Below, one piece after another: positions 24,720-37,835 of a stretch of 64,000 bases of DNA. The stretch comes from Isurus oxyrinchus (Eukaryota), in contig JANJGN010000007.1 in assembly GCA_026770705.1 (NCBI GenBank), positions 96,410,001 to 96,474,000 on the forward strand. The letters are read 5' to 3'. Numbering within the stretch: position 1 is the stretch's first letter; the number at the start of each line of letters is the position of its first letter. The position numbers were made by a program, and so were the translations under genes. Below the pieces are notes generated by a model. That model had not been told where the DNA came from, did not search any database, and saw only the letters and a list, made by a program, of their open reading frames with translations.

Positions 24720-27700
24720 TCACAGCTCACAGATCACAGAATCACCGTGCAGAAGAGGCCCTTCGGCCCATCCAGTCTTATAGTCACGTGTGAAACACCT
24801 GACCTACCTACCTAATCCCATTTACCAGTACTTGGCCCATAGCCTTGAATGTTGTGAAGTGCCAAAAGCTCATCCAGGTACTTTTTAAAGGATGTGAGGC
24901 AACCCGCCTCCACCACCCTTCTAGGCTTTGCATTCCAGACGATCACCACTTTCCGGGTAAAAATGTTTTTCCTCACATTGTCCCTAAACCTCCTGCCCCT
25001 CACCTTCAACTTATGCCCCCTTATGACTGACCCTTCAACTAAAGGAAGCAGCTGCCCCCGATCCACTATGTCCATGCCCCTCATAATCTTGTACACCTCG
25101 ATCAGGTCACTGCTCAGTCTTCTCTGCTCCAAAGAAAACAACCAACGTCTATCCAACCTCTCTTCATAACTTAAACGTTTCATCCTAGGCAACATCCTGG
25201 TGAGTTTCCTCTGCACCCCCTCCATTGCAATCACATGTGGCGACCAGTACTGCACGCAGTACTCCAACTGTGGCCTCACCAAGGTTCCATACAAATTTAA
25301 CATGAAATCCCTACTTTTGTAATCTATGCCTCGATTGATAAAGGTAAGTGTCCCATATGTCTTTTTCACCACTCCACTAACATGCGCCTTCGCCTTCAAA
25401 GATCTATGGACACACACACCAAGGTTCCTTTGTTCCTCAGGACTACCTAGAGCCATACCGTTCATTGAATACTTACTTGTCAAATTGCTCCTTCCAAAGT
25501 GTATCACCTCACACTTTTAAGGGTTAAATTCCATCTGCCACTTATCTGCAGTTTGGCCATCCTGTCTATATCTTCCTGTAGCCCAAGACACTCAACCTCA
25601 CTTTTAACCACCCAGCCAAACTCTGTTATTCCACAAATTTCCAAATGCTATCCCCACGTAGTCAACTATGTCGTTCATATAAATGACAAATAATAGGGGA
25701 ACGAGCACTGATCCAGTGTACGCCACTGGACACTGGCTTCCAGTCACTAAGCAGCTTCTGTCATCACCCTCTGCCTCATACAACTAAGCCAGTTTTGAAT
25801 CCACCTTATCAAATTACCCTGTATCCCATGTGCATTTTACTTCTTTATAAGTCTCCCATCTGGGACCTTGTCAAAGGCTTTGCTGAAATCCATATAAACT
25901 ACATCAACTGAACTACCCTCATCTACACACCTGGTCACCTCATCAAAAAATTTAATCAAATTTGTTAGGGATGATCTCCCTCTGACAAAGCCATGCTGAC
26001 TATCCCTGAACAAACCTTGTCTCTCCAAGTGGTGACATATACTCTCCTTCAGAAATGTTTCCAATAGTTTACCTACCACTGACGTGAGTCTCACTGGCCT
26101 GTAGTCCCCTGGCTTATCTGTAAACCCTTCTTAAATAGCAGAAAAAAATATTAGCTGTTCTCCAGTCCTCTGGCACCTCCCCCGTGGCCAGAGAGGAATT
26201 AAAAATTCGGGTCAGAGCCCCGACGTTCTCCTCCCTTGCCTCCCTCAGCAACGTTGGACACAAATCATCCAGACCCGGAGATTTGTCATTTTTAACCTGC
26301 CAACACCTCCAATACCTTGCTCACTCCCTTAGCAATTTGCTTAAGAACCTCGCAGTCTCTCTCCCCGAGTTCCATACCTTCATCCTCATTATCTTGGGTG
26401 AACACAGACATGAAGTATTCATTCAACACTCTACCGATGTCATCTGGCTCGACCCATAGATTACCCCCCTTGGTCCCATATGGGCCCTATTCTTTTTCTG
26501 GTTATCTCATTTCCATGGATATACTTATGGAATATCTTGGGATTTTCCCTACTTTTAGCAGCCAGAGTTTTCTTATATCCCCTCTGTGCTCTCCTAATCG
26601 CTTTCTTAAGCTCCGTCCTGCACTGTCTGTACTCCACTAATGCCTCTGCTAAAAGCCTCTATTTTCCTTCTCATCATAACACGAATATCTCTGGTTAACC
26701 ATGGTTCTCTGGGCTTGTTACTCCTTACTATCACTCCAGGGGGAACATCTTGAGCCTGTACCCTCCACATTTCCTTTTTGAACACCATCCACAGTTCCTC
26801 TGTAGATTTCCCCACAAGTAACTGTCCCCAGTCTACCTTGGCCAGATCCTGTTTTACGTTACTAAAATCCACTCCCCCCCTCCCCCCACCCCCAATCCAA
26901 AACATTATTTTGAAATTTGTTGATTTTTTTGTCCATAACAAACTTAAACTCTGCAGTGTTTTGGTCGCTATTGCTAAAAAGCTCACGCATCACCACATCA
27001 GCCACCTGTCCAGCAATGCACCATCCTTTGTTGGACCCTCTACATATTGACCTAAAAAGTTCTTCTGAACACATTTCAAGAAATTCACTCATCCAATCCT
27101 TCAACGCTACACCTATTCCAATTAATGCTGGGAAAGTTAAAATTACCTAATATAATTACCCTATTGTTATTGCTTTTACACACCTCCACAAATTGTACAC
27201 ATTTTTGCTCCTCAATGTCCCACTGACTACCTGTGCACCTATAATAAAAACTTAATAATGCGGTTGCCCCTATTTTGTTCCTAAGCTCTACCCACAAAGC
27301 TTCATTCGATGTCTCCTCCAAGATATCATCTCTCCTTTCTGCAGTAACTGACTCCTTAACTAATAATGCAATGCCTCCTCCTCTTTTACCCCTCCCCTGT
27401 CTCACGTGACGATGCTCTACCCGGAATGTTGAGCTGCCAATCCTGCCCTTCCCTCAGCCATGTCTCAGTGATGGCTACTATATCACAATTCCACATATCA
27501 ATCCTCACCCTTAACTCATCCTTTTTACCTGTAATACTCCTGGCATTAAAGTAGAGGCCATCCACCCTTGCCTTACTCCTTTGAAGCTTATTGCAGCTGT
27601 ACCCCCCCTGATTTGATTGGTTTACTGTATTATGATGTGTCCCTATTCTGCTAACATTCTGTGTCCCCTCCCCATGCCGAATTAGTTTAAACTCCTTCCC

Positions 27701-27735
27701 ACAGTACGATCAAACCCACCTGCAAGGATGTTATT
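24720..27735 (-). mobile_element. CR1 LINE, broken ORF2 (APE + RT)
   Basis: APE (RGGGIALLVKE, ILGNFNFP), RT (QHGFVRGRS, YMDFSKAFDKV) and C-terminal (LVRPQLEYCVQYWSP) pieces in ORFs 27085..27405, 25837..26094 and 24812..25507. Confidence 0.93.
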
Positions 27736-30368
27736 CCCACTATGTTCAATGGTAAACCCAGGATGTTGATGGTGAGGATGCAGAAGAAGCGATATCATTG
27801 CATGACAATGTAGATGGTTGGATTCTCTGTTGGAGATGGTTATTGCTTGGTATTTTTGTGGCATGAATGTTACTTCACATTTATCAGCCAAGATAAAGCA
27901 CTGTATGACAAGTTGGTGAAAATCGTTAAGTTGTGGCTTTCAATAGGCCTTCGGATAAATATTTTAGGGAGAAAAACTGAAACGATAAGGAGAAAGAGCT
28001 GTGACTGTGACTAACTGGTGGGGAGGCTATGAGCCAAATGACATGCCCTATGCTCTACTATGTTATGCATCTAATTAATTCATTGATAAGGAAATTAAAT
28101 ATTGCTAGAAATGAACAAAACATTTACATTAACTGGAGAACTCCAAAACAAGGCTTTTCTGCTTCTTGTTTTTGCAGTATACACTTTAATTGTTCTCTCC
28201 CTCGATAGCATGTCACGAAAGCATGACAAGAAAGTGATGTTAAACACACAGAAAATATTACAATTAATGAGAAATAAACTATAGAAAGATCAGCATCTGA
28301 AAGCGAAAAAAAGGTTAACTCCTCGGATGGAACGCCTCTTCAAATCTTGATGTCTGTACAGTGTGCCTACATAATTATAGCTTTCTACCAGTTTCTATTT
28401 TAACTTGAGCACGATCAAGTTAAATGTTACATCCAATACTTTCATAATGTCTCTCTTTGTTTTGCTGGGTGTGCCTAAGAACATTCCCCATTGTTTCCCT
28501 TTCCCACCTGCTTATAGTTTTGCTTCTCTTTGGTTAAACATATGACATCTTGTCCTCTATTTTCAGCTGTCCCTATAAAATTGAAGCAATTTTAAATTAA
28601 CTCATTAGTTTGATTTGTCAACAGAGTGATCCATGAAGCAGAAATAAAAAGCAACATTTATTTTTTCTAAATTACATTGACCAACTCCATTATTCTCACA
28701 ACGGGCGGAATCCTCCCAGTCGTTTGGGACTGAAAGCGCTGGGCCTCATTTCTTATGCAACCTTTTGCAGCCTTTTGAGAGTACCTCCTTTCTGAAGCGC
28801 CCTCTTATTCTCCTTCTGCCGCAGCAGCGTTCGACTCTCACATGTGGCACTATCAGCCGGCTGGCCCTGCCTGCCCTCTCATTGGGTCGCCAATATCTCT
28901 GTTCCAGCCGTTCACCCTGACTGGCTGGGGAAGGCTGAGGCGGCCAGCTAATTGACCGCTTCCCAGAAGATCCCTCCTATTGACGTACCGGAGACCCGAG
29001 GAGAAATTGTCTGAATGCCCAGGAAATTTTTAGCTGCAGAATATTCCGCCCAATGTGTGCTTCAGATACAGTTTTTAATGATGTTTTATTACTATTTAGA
29101 CCACAATAACTCGACGGTACAGCGACTTTGTGCTGCCACATTCTACCCTCCGTTCACTTGTGACCATCAAAACCCTTTATTCAATCGCTTAATTCATAAG
29201 TTTAGTTCCATTGTCACCTCCATGATCAGTGACTCACGGTTCACAGTTAAACAAGGCCTCGATTCACCTCGTTTCTGTAATCTCTCCATGTCCTCATCCC
29301 TCCCTATTTATCTAATCGACGCCGTCCCAAAACATTCTGACACCTGGGCCCTTCCAATTCTGGCTTCTTGAACTTCGCTTCGCCATCGGCGGTGGAGACT
29401 TCAGTTACTGCAATTCCTTCCAGAAATCACTCCAACTCAACTTTGCTTTTCGCCTTCAAGGCGCTTTTCAAAAGTTAACTTTTTGAGCAAGCTTTTGTCA
29501 TTGCTCACTTTACATATGTCGCTCCGTGGCCAGTGTTGTTTGATAACTCTCCTGCGAGGTGAACTGGGGCGTTTTACCATGTTAAAGACCACGTTAATAC
29601 AAGTTGCTCTTCTTTGGAAACTACGACTCGAGTGCACAGAGCTCGTGGACGATTTTAATCTAAGTAGCCGTGTTGTGGCTAACATGATCACATGTACAAT
29701 GAATTAAAAACCAACACCGGTGGGTTGGCAATTTGAGAGAACTTAATGTTTACTCAGAAGGAGGTTATGGAGAAAATCGCCTGGTCTAATGGCAGAGTAT
29801 TTCATTAGGCCGATCCTCGCGCGATTTATTGTAACAGAAGCAATGGGGTCTCACTCTGTGCTAGCACGACACCGCTAATCGCGGAAGTTCACCTTGTGTT
29901 AAACCAATGTTCAAATCCTCTAAGGGTGCTTGATTTGTTTTTTTTTCTTTTCGTCTCCAAAGAGCTTTTCTCTGTATCTGAGCCTTGCATTACCAGCTCT
30001 TAGAGTTTATCAGAAAGCATTTCGCTAAACAGTATCCATCTCACCTATATTGTACCTGACCTGGGAGTGTTTGACGAGGCGATGTAATGGGAGATTCAAT
30101 TTACATCTAAATCGTGTTGTAGCTATTCTTAGAGTGTTTAATGGGACACTATAGACGGAAATGCAGTCGCATCCTTCCGATTGTGTATTTGACTGGGACG
30201 AATGGGTACTTGTTGATGGTGTACGGTGGCTTCGAGTGCAAACAAACATTGAAAATTAAAGCGCGTACAAAATTACCGTATCAAGCACATAATTTAAATA
30301 TGCTCATTAGAGAATTAATTGCATTATTTTGTATTACAAAAATTTTGGGAAATGTGGTAGAGACCCAC

Positions 30369-30415
30369 GCCAATTTTTTCGAAGTGCCCTGGCCCCTCTT
30401 CATTCCCGCGGGCTC
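30369..30415 (-). pseudogene. Gene B candidate vestigial cytoplasmic exon 1 (GARGNEEGPGHFEKIG)
   Basis: cttttctttcagttag| and GGC|gtgggt, 47 nt, phase 1 to 0, similar in size and phase to gene A exon 5. It lies downstream of the stop codon. Confidence 0.4.
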
Positions 30416-30752
30416 CTAACTGAAAGAAAAGGTTCAACTTATGCCACACATCAATGAAGGGGTGTAGGGAAATCCGATTAAGCCTCAGCCAATGCCGCCT
30501 TGAGGACCACAGGACAGGGCAATCTCATGTGAAATTTCCTGAAATGCATTCAGCCATTGATTCAAAACTTCAAAACGTCACCAAAAATCCAAAAACAAAA
30601 CGTTACTTTGTGTTCATTTGACTGACTGCGGGGCAATTTATTTGTTTCAGATTGTGGTTCCAATTAGAGATGCTTAACATATCACCATAGTCCCATTCCG
30701 GATCAGATTGAATATTCCTTCCTTTCCTCGATGTCATGTTGTTTTCTTCGTC

Positions 30753-31266
30753 ATTACCTCCGCCAGGTAATGTTTCCGCCCGATGGTGAGTCTGCTAGTC
30801 TGCCTGTAAATAATATATCTCGAAAAATAATGGATGGATTTCAACGAAACTTGGTACACAGAAAGGGCATGGTCCGAGGAAGAACTGAATAGTTCTGATC
30901 AAGGTGTGGATCTAGGACTTGATCCGGGAATTTTATAAACGATCAGTTAACAAAGGGAGATAGGGCGAACTGACCTTTTTACTTAGAATGTTGTTGATTG
31001 TTTCAGGATGTTGTGGATTGTCTCAGCGGCTGTATTGGAATTTGTCACAGATGTAAAAATGTAAGCAGTGTTTTCACAGCAGGTCGTTGGATGTGGATTG
31101 GCTTGAAGCCTCTTCAGCGAAATGAAACTTCAAAATAAAATATTTCTATTCTTGTCGTTATAGAGCATCAGTTAGGCAGGGAAAAGCTTCAAAGAGCTGC
31201 GTAATTGTAATAATGTTCAGTTAACACGGCATGGAGAATGTATGCACTCTGCTAAGTGCCGTCTGC
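30753..31266 (+). mobile_element. Non-autonomous Helentron-associated (HINE/DINE-1-like) element
   Basis: 5' attacctccgccagg, internal ggatttcaacgaaacttggt and 3' hairpin gcact-N6-agtgc resemble fish Helentron-associated elements as I recall them. Confidence 0.5.
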
Positions 31267-31321
31267 ACTTATTGCAAATGTATCAAAGAGAAATCACATA
31301 GCTGGCTCCTTACCCTTACAG

Positions 31322-31428
31322 TTATTGAGTTAACGACTTCTTCACGATGAAAGTAACGAGAGCTAGAAATATTAATACAGCTCCCGCATATCCAGAAATC
31401 TGTAGATAAATGGGCGTGTGCCCGTGGT
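31322..31428 (-). CDS. Gene B exon 4: transmembrane exon ending in early stop (DHGHTPIYLQISGYAGAVLIFLALVTFIVKKSLTQ*)
   Basis: Acceptor ttcttacag|. TAA at 31324-31322 lies 8 nt before an intact donor AGG|gtaagg (exon end 31314). The exon is 115 nt, one more than a frame-preserving 114. Confidence 0.82.
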
Positions 31429-32129
31429 CTGTAAGAATCATAATAATGATGGTGAAAATAATGAACATAATATTAAAATTGCTAATGATATGAATAATCA
31501 ATGATAATCGCTTCATTGAACGCAGTGTTATACAACCGGTATATTGAACGTAGGTTGCACGATATACGTCTTCAGTGTCTCAGTAACAGAGCTGAAGACT
31601 GAGATTGTTAATTTGTGCAATCTAGTGCTTTTACTGAATCCTGCTCTCCAGCACTGATCTGCATTAAATGGTTTAACGAAATGCATGTTTTTTTTTTGCA
31701 TTTTCATTGACAGAGTAATCAGGACCGTCGTTGCTAGGAACAGTATGCCGCAATTGCAGCCCCATTATTACCGGGTGACAGGTCACGTACAGTTGGATGT
31801 CTAAACAAGGGAACTGATGCAGATCGGCAGCTTGTCATAACTGAAAAATCTGAAATAAATGAGTGAAAGGGCATCCCACCTATTCCCGTTTTCTGTTTTA
31901 AAAGGCGAACAATTGAAGCTGATGGAAATTACTTTATGGATTGTATTTATTGATAGATTGCACCCTATTACTCAGATGCGAAACGTGTTCCTCCTTCATC
32001 CGTTTCACAATTACCTAAGTAAAATGAATCTTCAAATGAGCTTAATTGTGATCAAAGGATTGGCCGAAAATAAAGCGGATCCGTAGTAGCAAGTGACTGA
32101 CAATATCTGGACAAAGGTCAAGACCTTAC

Positions 32130-32438
32130 CTGAATTAGAATTGGAGTTAAAGTAAACAGCCATGGCTGGACTCTGCAGTGTGCGGTGAGACACCATACAG
32201 GTATACACCGCCCCGCTCCGGGATGCCTGTGCCGTTTTTAACCTGCTGGAGGCTTCAAACATCCCCTCCGAATTCACCTTTTGAACAGTGCTGATCCCAG
32301 TGACAATCTTTCTGTCGTTTTTATACCAAATGAAGTTGAGAGACTCCGGGTAGTACTGAGCCGTTTCACACACGAGTTTTAGAACAGATGAGTTCGTCCG
32401 GAATACTTTGGGTATCAGCCGCACGGGTTCTGGGGAAG
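32130..32438 (-). CDS. Gene B exon 3: Ig C1-set domain
   Basis: 309 nt, phase 1/1, ttccacag| and TCAG|gtaagg. LVCETAQYYPESLNFIWYK...FEASSRL...VYTCMVSHRTL. Confidence 0.93.
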
Positions 32439-33919
32439 CTGTGGAACAGGGAAACGAAAACACTGATTGTCTATGCTTTGCTCTCTTAGTTTCGTTTACA
32501 TCCAGTTTAACTTGATATAGCCACGTGATTCTTGGTCGCAGGCACAAAAATAAATCACTGACAGCATTTTGCTATGTGTATTTTGAATGTCTCAACAGTT
32601 TACATACACACTTGGGCTGCGTAATAATGCGAAATAAAATTCCCACTATGAATTAAGAAAGGCGTTGCAGTGACCGCAGAAAGTGTGGGTAGACAATCAG
32701 ATTTGCTTAGCTCCTGCAAATAAATATTGCTGAAAAAAGAGACCTACTGTCTAATCTTTACATCCAGCACTCACCAGGATGGAGGCAAGAATATCACGTT
32801 TCAAAGGGAACAACAATGGCAAAGAAATATGTTTTCATATCTACTCATCTGCATTTTATTCTTTCTCATTATTCAACATGATTAAGTAAATAAATACAAC
32901 TTATACAGACGATATGAAGTCAAACTGATAGCGTTAATATATGTATATCTGCAGCAAGGGGGGAAATTATTGCTCTCACGATAATTGGTATGTGCAGAAT
33001 AATGATATTGTATCCAAAATTTTAAAGATGGAAATAGCACAACTTGCTGCAAATTTGATTCGAAGGAAATGGCGGCAAGTGGAGTTTGAAGGGATTATCC
33101 GTGGAGCTGTAAAGGGGAGCTGGCTGAATAACCAGTCCCAGTTTTTTTTTCCCATCCTAACAGGTAGAAAAATGAACTTTAGACTTCCTCTGGCCTCAGT
33201 TCACCGAGTAGCGCGGTAAATTGCACAGGTTGGGGGCCACAGTAATGTAATGTGATTCCAGACGAGTATCAAATGTAGTTTGCAAAAATGATCAAATGGG
33301 TCCCTTGGAACGAATTGCAATCTTACCTAGAATTTATGCAAATACTCCGAGATTGTTCCTTTCGTATTCTGTAAACGTTTAACCAGGTGTATATAAAGCT
33401 CCCCTTGAAAGACGGGAGGGCGATTTGTAATAATTAGTATCACTATTTATTTTACAACACACAACCTTCTAATAAATTCCAATCGCTAGAGTCCGTAGGA
33501 TTTAACATGCAGATCAACATGTGTAATCATATTACCCTAACCTTTGAAGGTGGCGCAGCAAGATTATCATATCCAGGGATTTTGAAATAGAATTATAAAG
33601 TACAGCCTCCTGTGAAAAATGATTTGTTTTCTATCTATGTAGCCAGACATTCAAGGCCTTTACTGGTACAACATACCGCTATTTTGAGTCAGATCCCTAA
33701 TCTATACACTATCATGGAGCCTTGCGCTAATCAATACATATATTATAGATGAATACAAAATAATGGGTTCTAACTATGATATGGTTTTAGGGTTGAATTT
33801 AAATAATGTTCTCTAATCCTCTTCCAAAGATTAACGTTAAGAATCAATTTACGAAGTAATCAGGAGCAATCTATGATACAATATATTCCATTCGAGCAAC
33901 TCACTCGAAACCCGCTTAC

Positions 33920-34231
33920 CGTGCACAACAAGTCTCGATCCGGTTCCATTAACGATCCAGTTCCCTGTATTTCTTATTCCGCAGTAATAGACTCCGGCGT
34001 CGGGGAAACGGACATTCAGGATCTGGAAGGAAGCCGTTTCCTTCTTAAATTGAAAGAATCGTTTTCTGCCGTCAGAATCCGGTTGCAATAAGGTTTCATC
34101 GCCGAGTCTCCACCAATAAACCTCCACATCTGAGTGAACCTGGACAGAGCTCGTTGTACAATGGAAGGTAATGTCTGCACCCGCCAACAGAATGGCGCTT
34201 TCAGGAGTTTGCCTCACTGCAGAGGAAGCAA
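33920..34231 (-). CDS. Gene B exon 2: VJ-type Ig V domain
   Basis: 312 nt, phase 1/1, ttttatag| and CACG|gtaagc. Motifs VRQTP, ITFHC, VYWWR, ASFQILNVRFPDAGVYYC, and NGTGSRLVV. Confidence 0.95.
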
Positions 34232-34400
34232 CTATAAAATATTAAAAATATAGTTGTAACATAGAAATAAAATATCCTTTAACCGCGGGTACATAGATAC
34301 TTAGATAGATAGATAGATAGACAGACAGGCAGACAGACTGGTAGATGGAAGAACGGATGGAAAGAAAGAAAATAAGAAAGATCTGAACATAAAAGCAAAA

Positions 34401-34940
34401 CAGCCTTCCGGACTGAATATTGAGTTCAACAATTTTAGACCATGAACTCTCTCCTCCATCCCCATCCCCTTTCCGATTTTTGCACTCATTTTTGTTTTTT
34501 TTTCCAATAATTTATATAGATTGTTCTTTTCCCACCTATTTCCATTATTTTTAAATGTATTTCCATCCATTGTTTTATCTCTACCTTTTTGCCTTTTTCG
34601 ATTCCTTCACCCCACCCACCCTCACTAGGGCTATCTGTACCTTGCTCGTCCTGCTTTCTATCCGTAATTAGCACATTCCTTTAGATAATATCACCAGCTT
34701 CAACACCTCTTTGTCCTTTTGTCTGTGACATCTTTTGGTTATCTCCACCTATCACTGGCCCTCTATCCAACTCTTCTTGTCCCCCCCCTCCCCCCACCCC
34801 TTAAACCAGCTTATATTTCACCTCTTTTCTATTTTTCCTTAGTTCTGTTGAAGGGTCATGCGGACTCGAAACGTTAACTGTGTTCCTCTCCGCAGATGCT
34901 GCCAGACCTGCTGAATTTTTCCAGCTATTTTTGTTTTTGT
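34401..34940 (+). mobile_element. Penelope-like 3' end / pseudo-LTR in gene B intron 1
   Basis: QPSGLNIEFNNFRP* followed by a pyrimidine-rich UTR and the hammerhead-like agttctgttgaagggtcatgcggactcgaaacgttaact. Confidence 0.8.
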
Positions 34941-35014
34941 TTAAGAAAGATTTGAAACCTGATTGAAAGAAACAAAAGGGGAAAAAAAGCAGAGCGGTTT
35001 GTTGCGGAAAATAC

Positions 35015-35060
35015 CTTCGTAAATAACCCCCAGGGCCCATATACACTGACACCCAAACAT
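35015..35060 (-). CDS. Gene B exon 1: signal peptide (MFGCQCIWALGVIYE)
   Basis: 46 nt, phase-1 donor GAAG|gtattt. Aligns with the gene A leader (QCIWALGVIYE vs QCLAILGIIFT) with the same donor position. Confidence 0.75.
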
Positions 35061-35924
35061 TGTTCAATGGCTATTCACCAGCTGCATCTCTGATGGATTG
35101 CAAATATTTTCTCGATAATCCGGCCTGATTGCTGACGCGGCGAGCTGCTGTATCACACGCGGAATTTATTTTAACAGGCGAGTCATGAATGTCACTTTAA
35201 CAGGAAGTTAAACCAACTTCTTGTTGGCTGGCAGTGTGGGCTGAATCTCAATGATATCGCATTAAGAAAGCGACAGTTTTACAGCGCGTTGATGGGACTG
35301 ACTAAATTAGACCGACAAATTTTACGTTAAAAGCAATTGAAAGCAAAGTGTGGGCGAAATGCGGAATAGAATGGGAGGGGCACATTGTCAATAAGAGAGA
35401 GTTGGAAGGCTTCAGAAAGAAGATTTGAGCTAAATCTGGTCCACCTGACATGGCTTTATCATCCGTGCAAGAACACTGTGGAACTGCAGATATTCCGGTA
35501 AAGAGGATCACCAGAGGGTGGGTTCTCAGCTTTGGGTCAGATTCTTTCAGGGCAGGATTTCTATCCATCCCTCCGGTCCACTCTGATTTTGATCCATTTG
35601 TGCTTCTGTTGGGGCTTCACCTAGTGCTCCCGGAGCTCCCGTGTTACAGCCGTGAATCTGTTGCTGGCTCAAGTTAACTGAACAACTTCTCAACTGAATC
35701 CAACCACTTCCATCAAATACAAGGTGCTGCTCTGCAAACCCACACCTGCTCCAGCTATGGCCGCTCCTTCGTGAGTAAGTGCAGCGGCCTTTCTTTTTAG
35801 CTTTAGAGCTATTCAGATCCCTCATTCCCCTCTTTTTTTTATTGAGGTTGGGGATGCATTCTGCATTAGTAATTACATTTTGTTTCGGTGCCATGTATTG
35901 CCCAGACCTGAACTTCAAAATTTC

Positions 35925-36330
35925 ACTAAGTTTGCTTCTAATTTCCTCCCAGCCATCAGCTGCACATGATTCATCTCCGTCTCCCCATCCCGCTCCGCCC
36001 CATCCCCTTCCTTCCCTCGATTCCTCTATCTCTAGTTCCGGGGTTAGACTGTTAATAATTACCTACTAAAACCCCACTAACTGCCACAGCTAACTTGGCT
36101 ACACTTCCCTCCATCCTGCTTCCTGTAAGAACTCTTCCCATTCTTTCAATTTCTCCACGGGAGTTACAAAGGTTGCCCTGTTACCTCTTCCTCCCCTATA
36201 TCTCGGGCTCCTAACACTCGGTCCAGGTGAAAGGGTGATGTACTTGAACTGATTTTCATTTAATACCCTCTATTTCGTGTTCATGATGCAGTCTCCTCCA
36301 CTTTAGCAAATGGAAGAAGCGCTATGCAGA
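35925..36330 (+). mobile_element. Decayed Penelope-like fragment
   Basis: Reverse-complement similarity to 48170-48920 (catcctgcttcctgtaag, ccaggtgaa...gtacttg). Confidence 0.55.
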
Positions 36331-36724
36331 CAAATCCCACTTTCAGCTCTTATTCTGGAACTCTGATGGTGACAACATTTCAAGTGCATATCCAAGTTTT
36401 GTTTTAATGAAGTAAGGGTTTCTGCCCCCATCAACATCTCAGGAAGTGTGTTCCAGGCCTCTAATCCTGTTGCCAATTTGATTAATTTCACGCCTCCTCC
36501 ACTTTGCCTTCTTTTTTTCTTGGATTTTGAGAGTCCTTGGCAAGGTCCGCATTTGTTGCTCATCCTCAATCATCATTGACAAGATGACGGTGAATCAAAT
36601 TCTTCAAGCACTGCAGTCCATGTCATGTAGGTACACCCACGGTGCTGCTGGGAGGGAGTTCTGGGTTTTGGCCTGTCGACAGTGAAGGAAGGGCAATATG
36701 GTTCCAAGTCAGGATGATGTGTTT

Positions 36725-37835
36725 TACCAAGTGGAATAAATCCTTCCTGTGGATCCTATCTAGGCATCTCATAATTTTATACTCATCAAACAAGTCTCCC
36801 CTCACCTCCCTCCCACCACCGCACTTCACCATGCTCACACGAACCCAAGCTCAGCCACTCAAATTCTTCCTCGTAGACAAAATGTTCCAGTCCTAGCATC
36901 ATCTTAGTAAACATCCTCTGTATCCTCTTCAGTGTGATCAAATCTTTCCCCTAATGTAGTGATCAGAGCTGTATGTATTACTGGAGATAACTAGTGCATT
37001 ATACAATTCACGCATAATTTCCATGCTCTTATATTCCAAGCAAAAGAGGGAAGCACTTTTAGGCCTACTTGGTCAACTTACCTAACTTCTCTGTTACTTT
37101 CAGGGGTCTATGGACATGTCCTCCAAGGTTCCTGTGCTTGTCTTCATGCTTCTCAGTAAGCTTCCATTTATTGTGTATTCTATGGCCTTGTTTTCCCCTC
37201 CACAAATGCAAGACCTCGCACTTCTGTGGATTGAATTCCATGTAGCACTTTCTGCCCACCTGGCCAGTCCATTGCCATCTTCCTGCAGTTTAGAGTTTTC
37301 TTCACACTGTTAACCACACGACAATTGCTTGTATAACTTGCAAACTTATTAATCATGCACACCACCGCACTTCCCCTAATATGTTTAAGAATCTGTTGCT
37401 GATATATATTACAAACAGAAATGAATCAGTACTGAGCCCGCAGAACATTGCAGCAAACAGTTTTCCAAGTTACAGAAATGCCGGTCAACCATTACTTTTC
37501 CCTTCCTGCCACTGAGCCACTTTTGGAACCTACTTGCCACTTTCCCCTGGATACAATGGAAATTCACTTTTGTGGTCAATCTGCCATGCGAGTCTTGGCC
37601 AAAAGCCCTGCTAAAATCCATGGGAAATATACCAAACAAGCGAATATATTTCAGCCTTCTTGTTATCTTCTCAAACAAATTCCATCAAGTTTGTCAGATA
37701 TGGCCTGCCTTAAAATATCTAAACTGAGTGTTCTTGACTAATCTGTGCCTCTCAAAATGGTGATTTATACTGTTCCTTATTTTCTTCCACTAATTTGCCG
37801 AACAGCACAGTAATGTTGATTGGCCTGTAATTACT
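36725..37835 (-). mobile_element. Decayed CR1 LINE RT fragment
   Basis: MDFSRAF, HCIQGKVASRFQKWLSGRK and MEFNPQKCEVLH remnants. Confidence 0.75.

Noticed and set aside
35302-35568. ORF with LVILFTG as gene B leader
   Set aside because: No GT donor at the expected position and a charged N-terminus. 35015-35060 fits much better.
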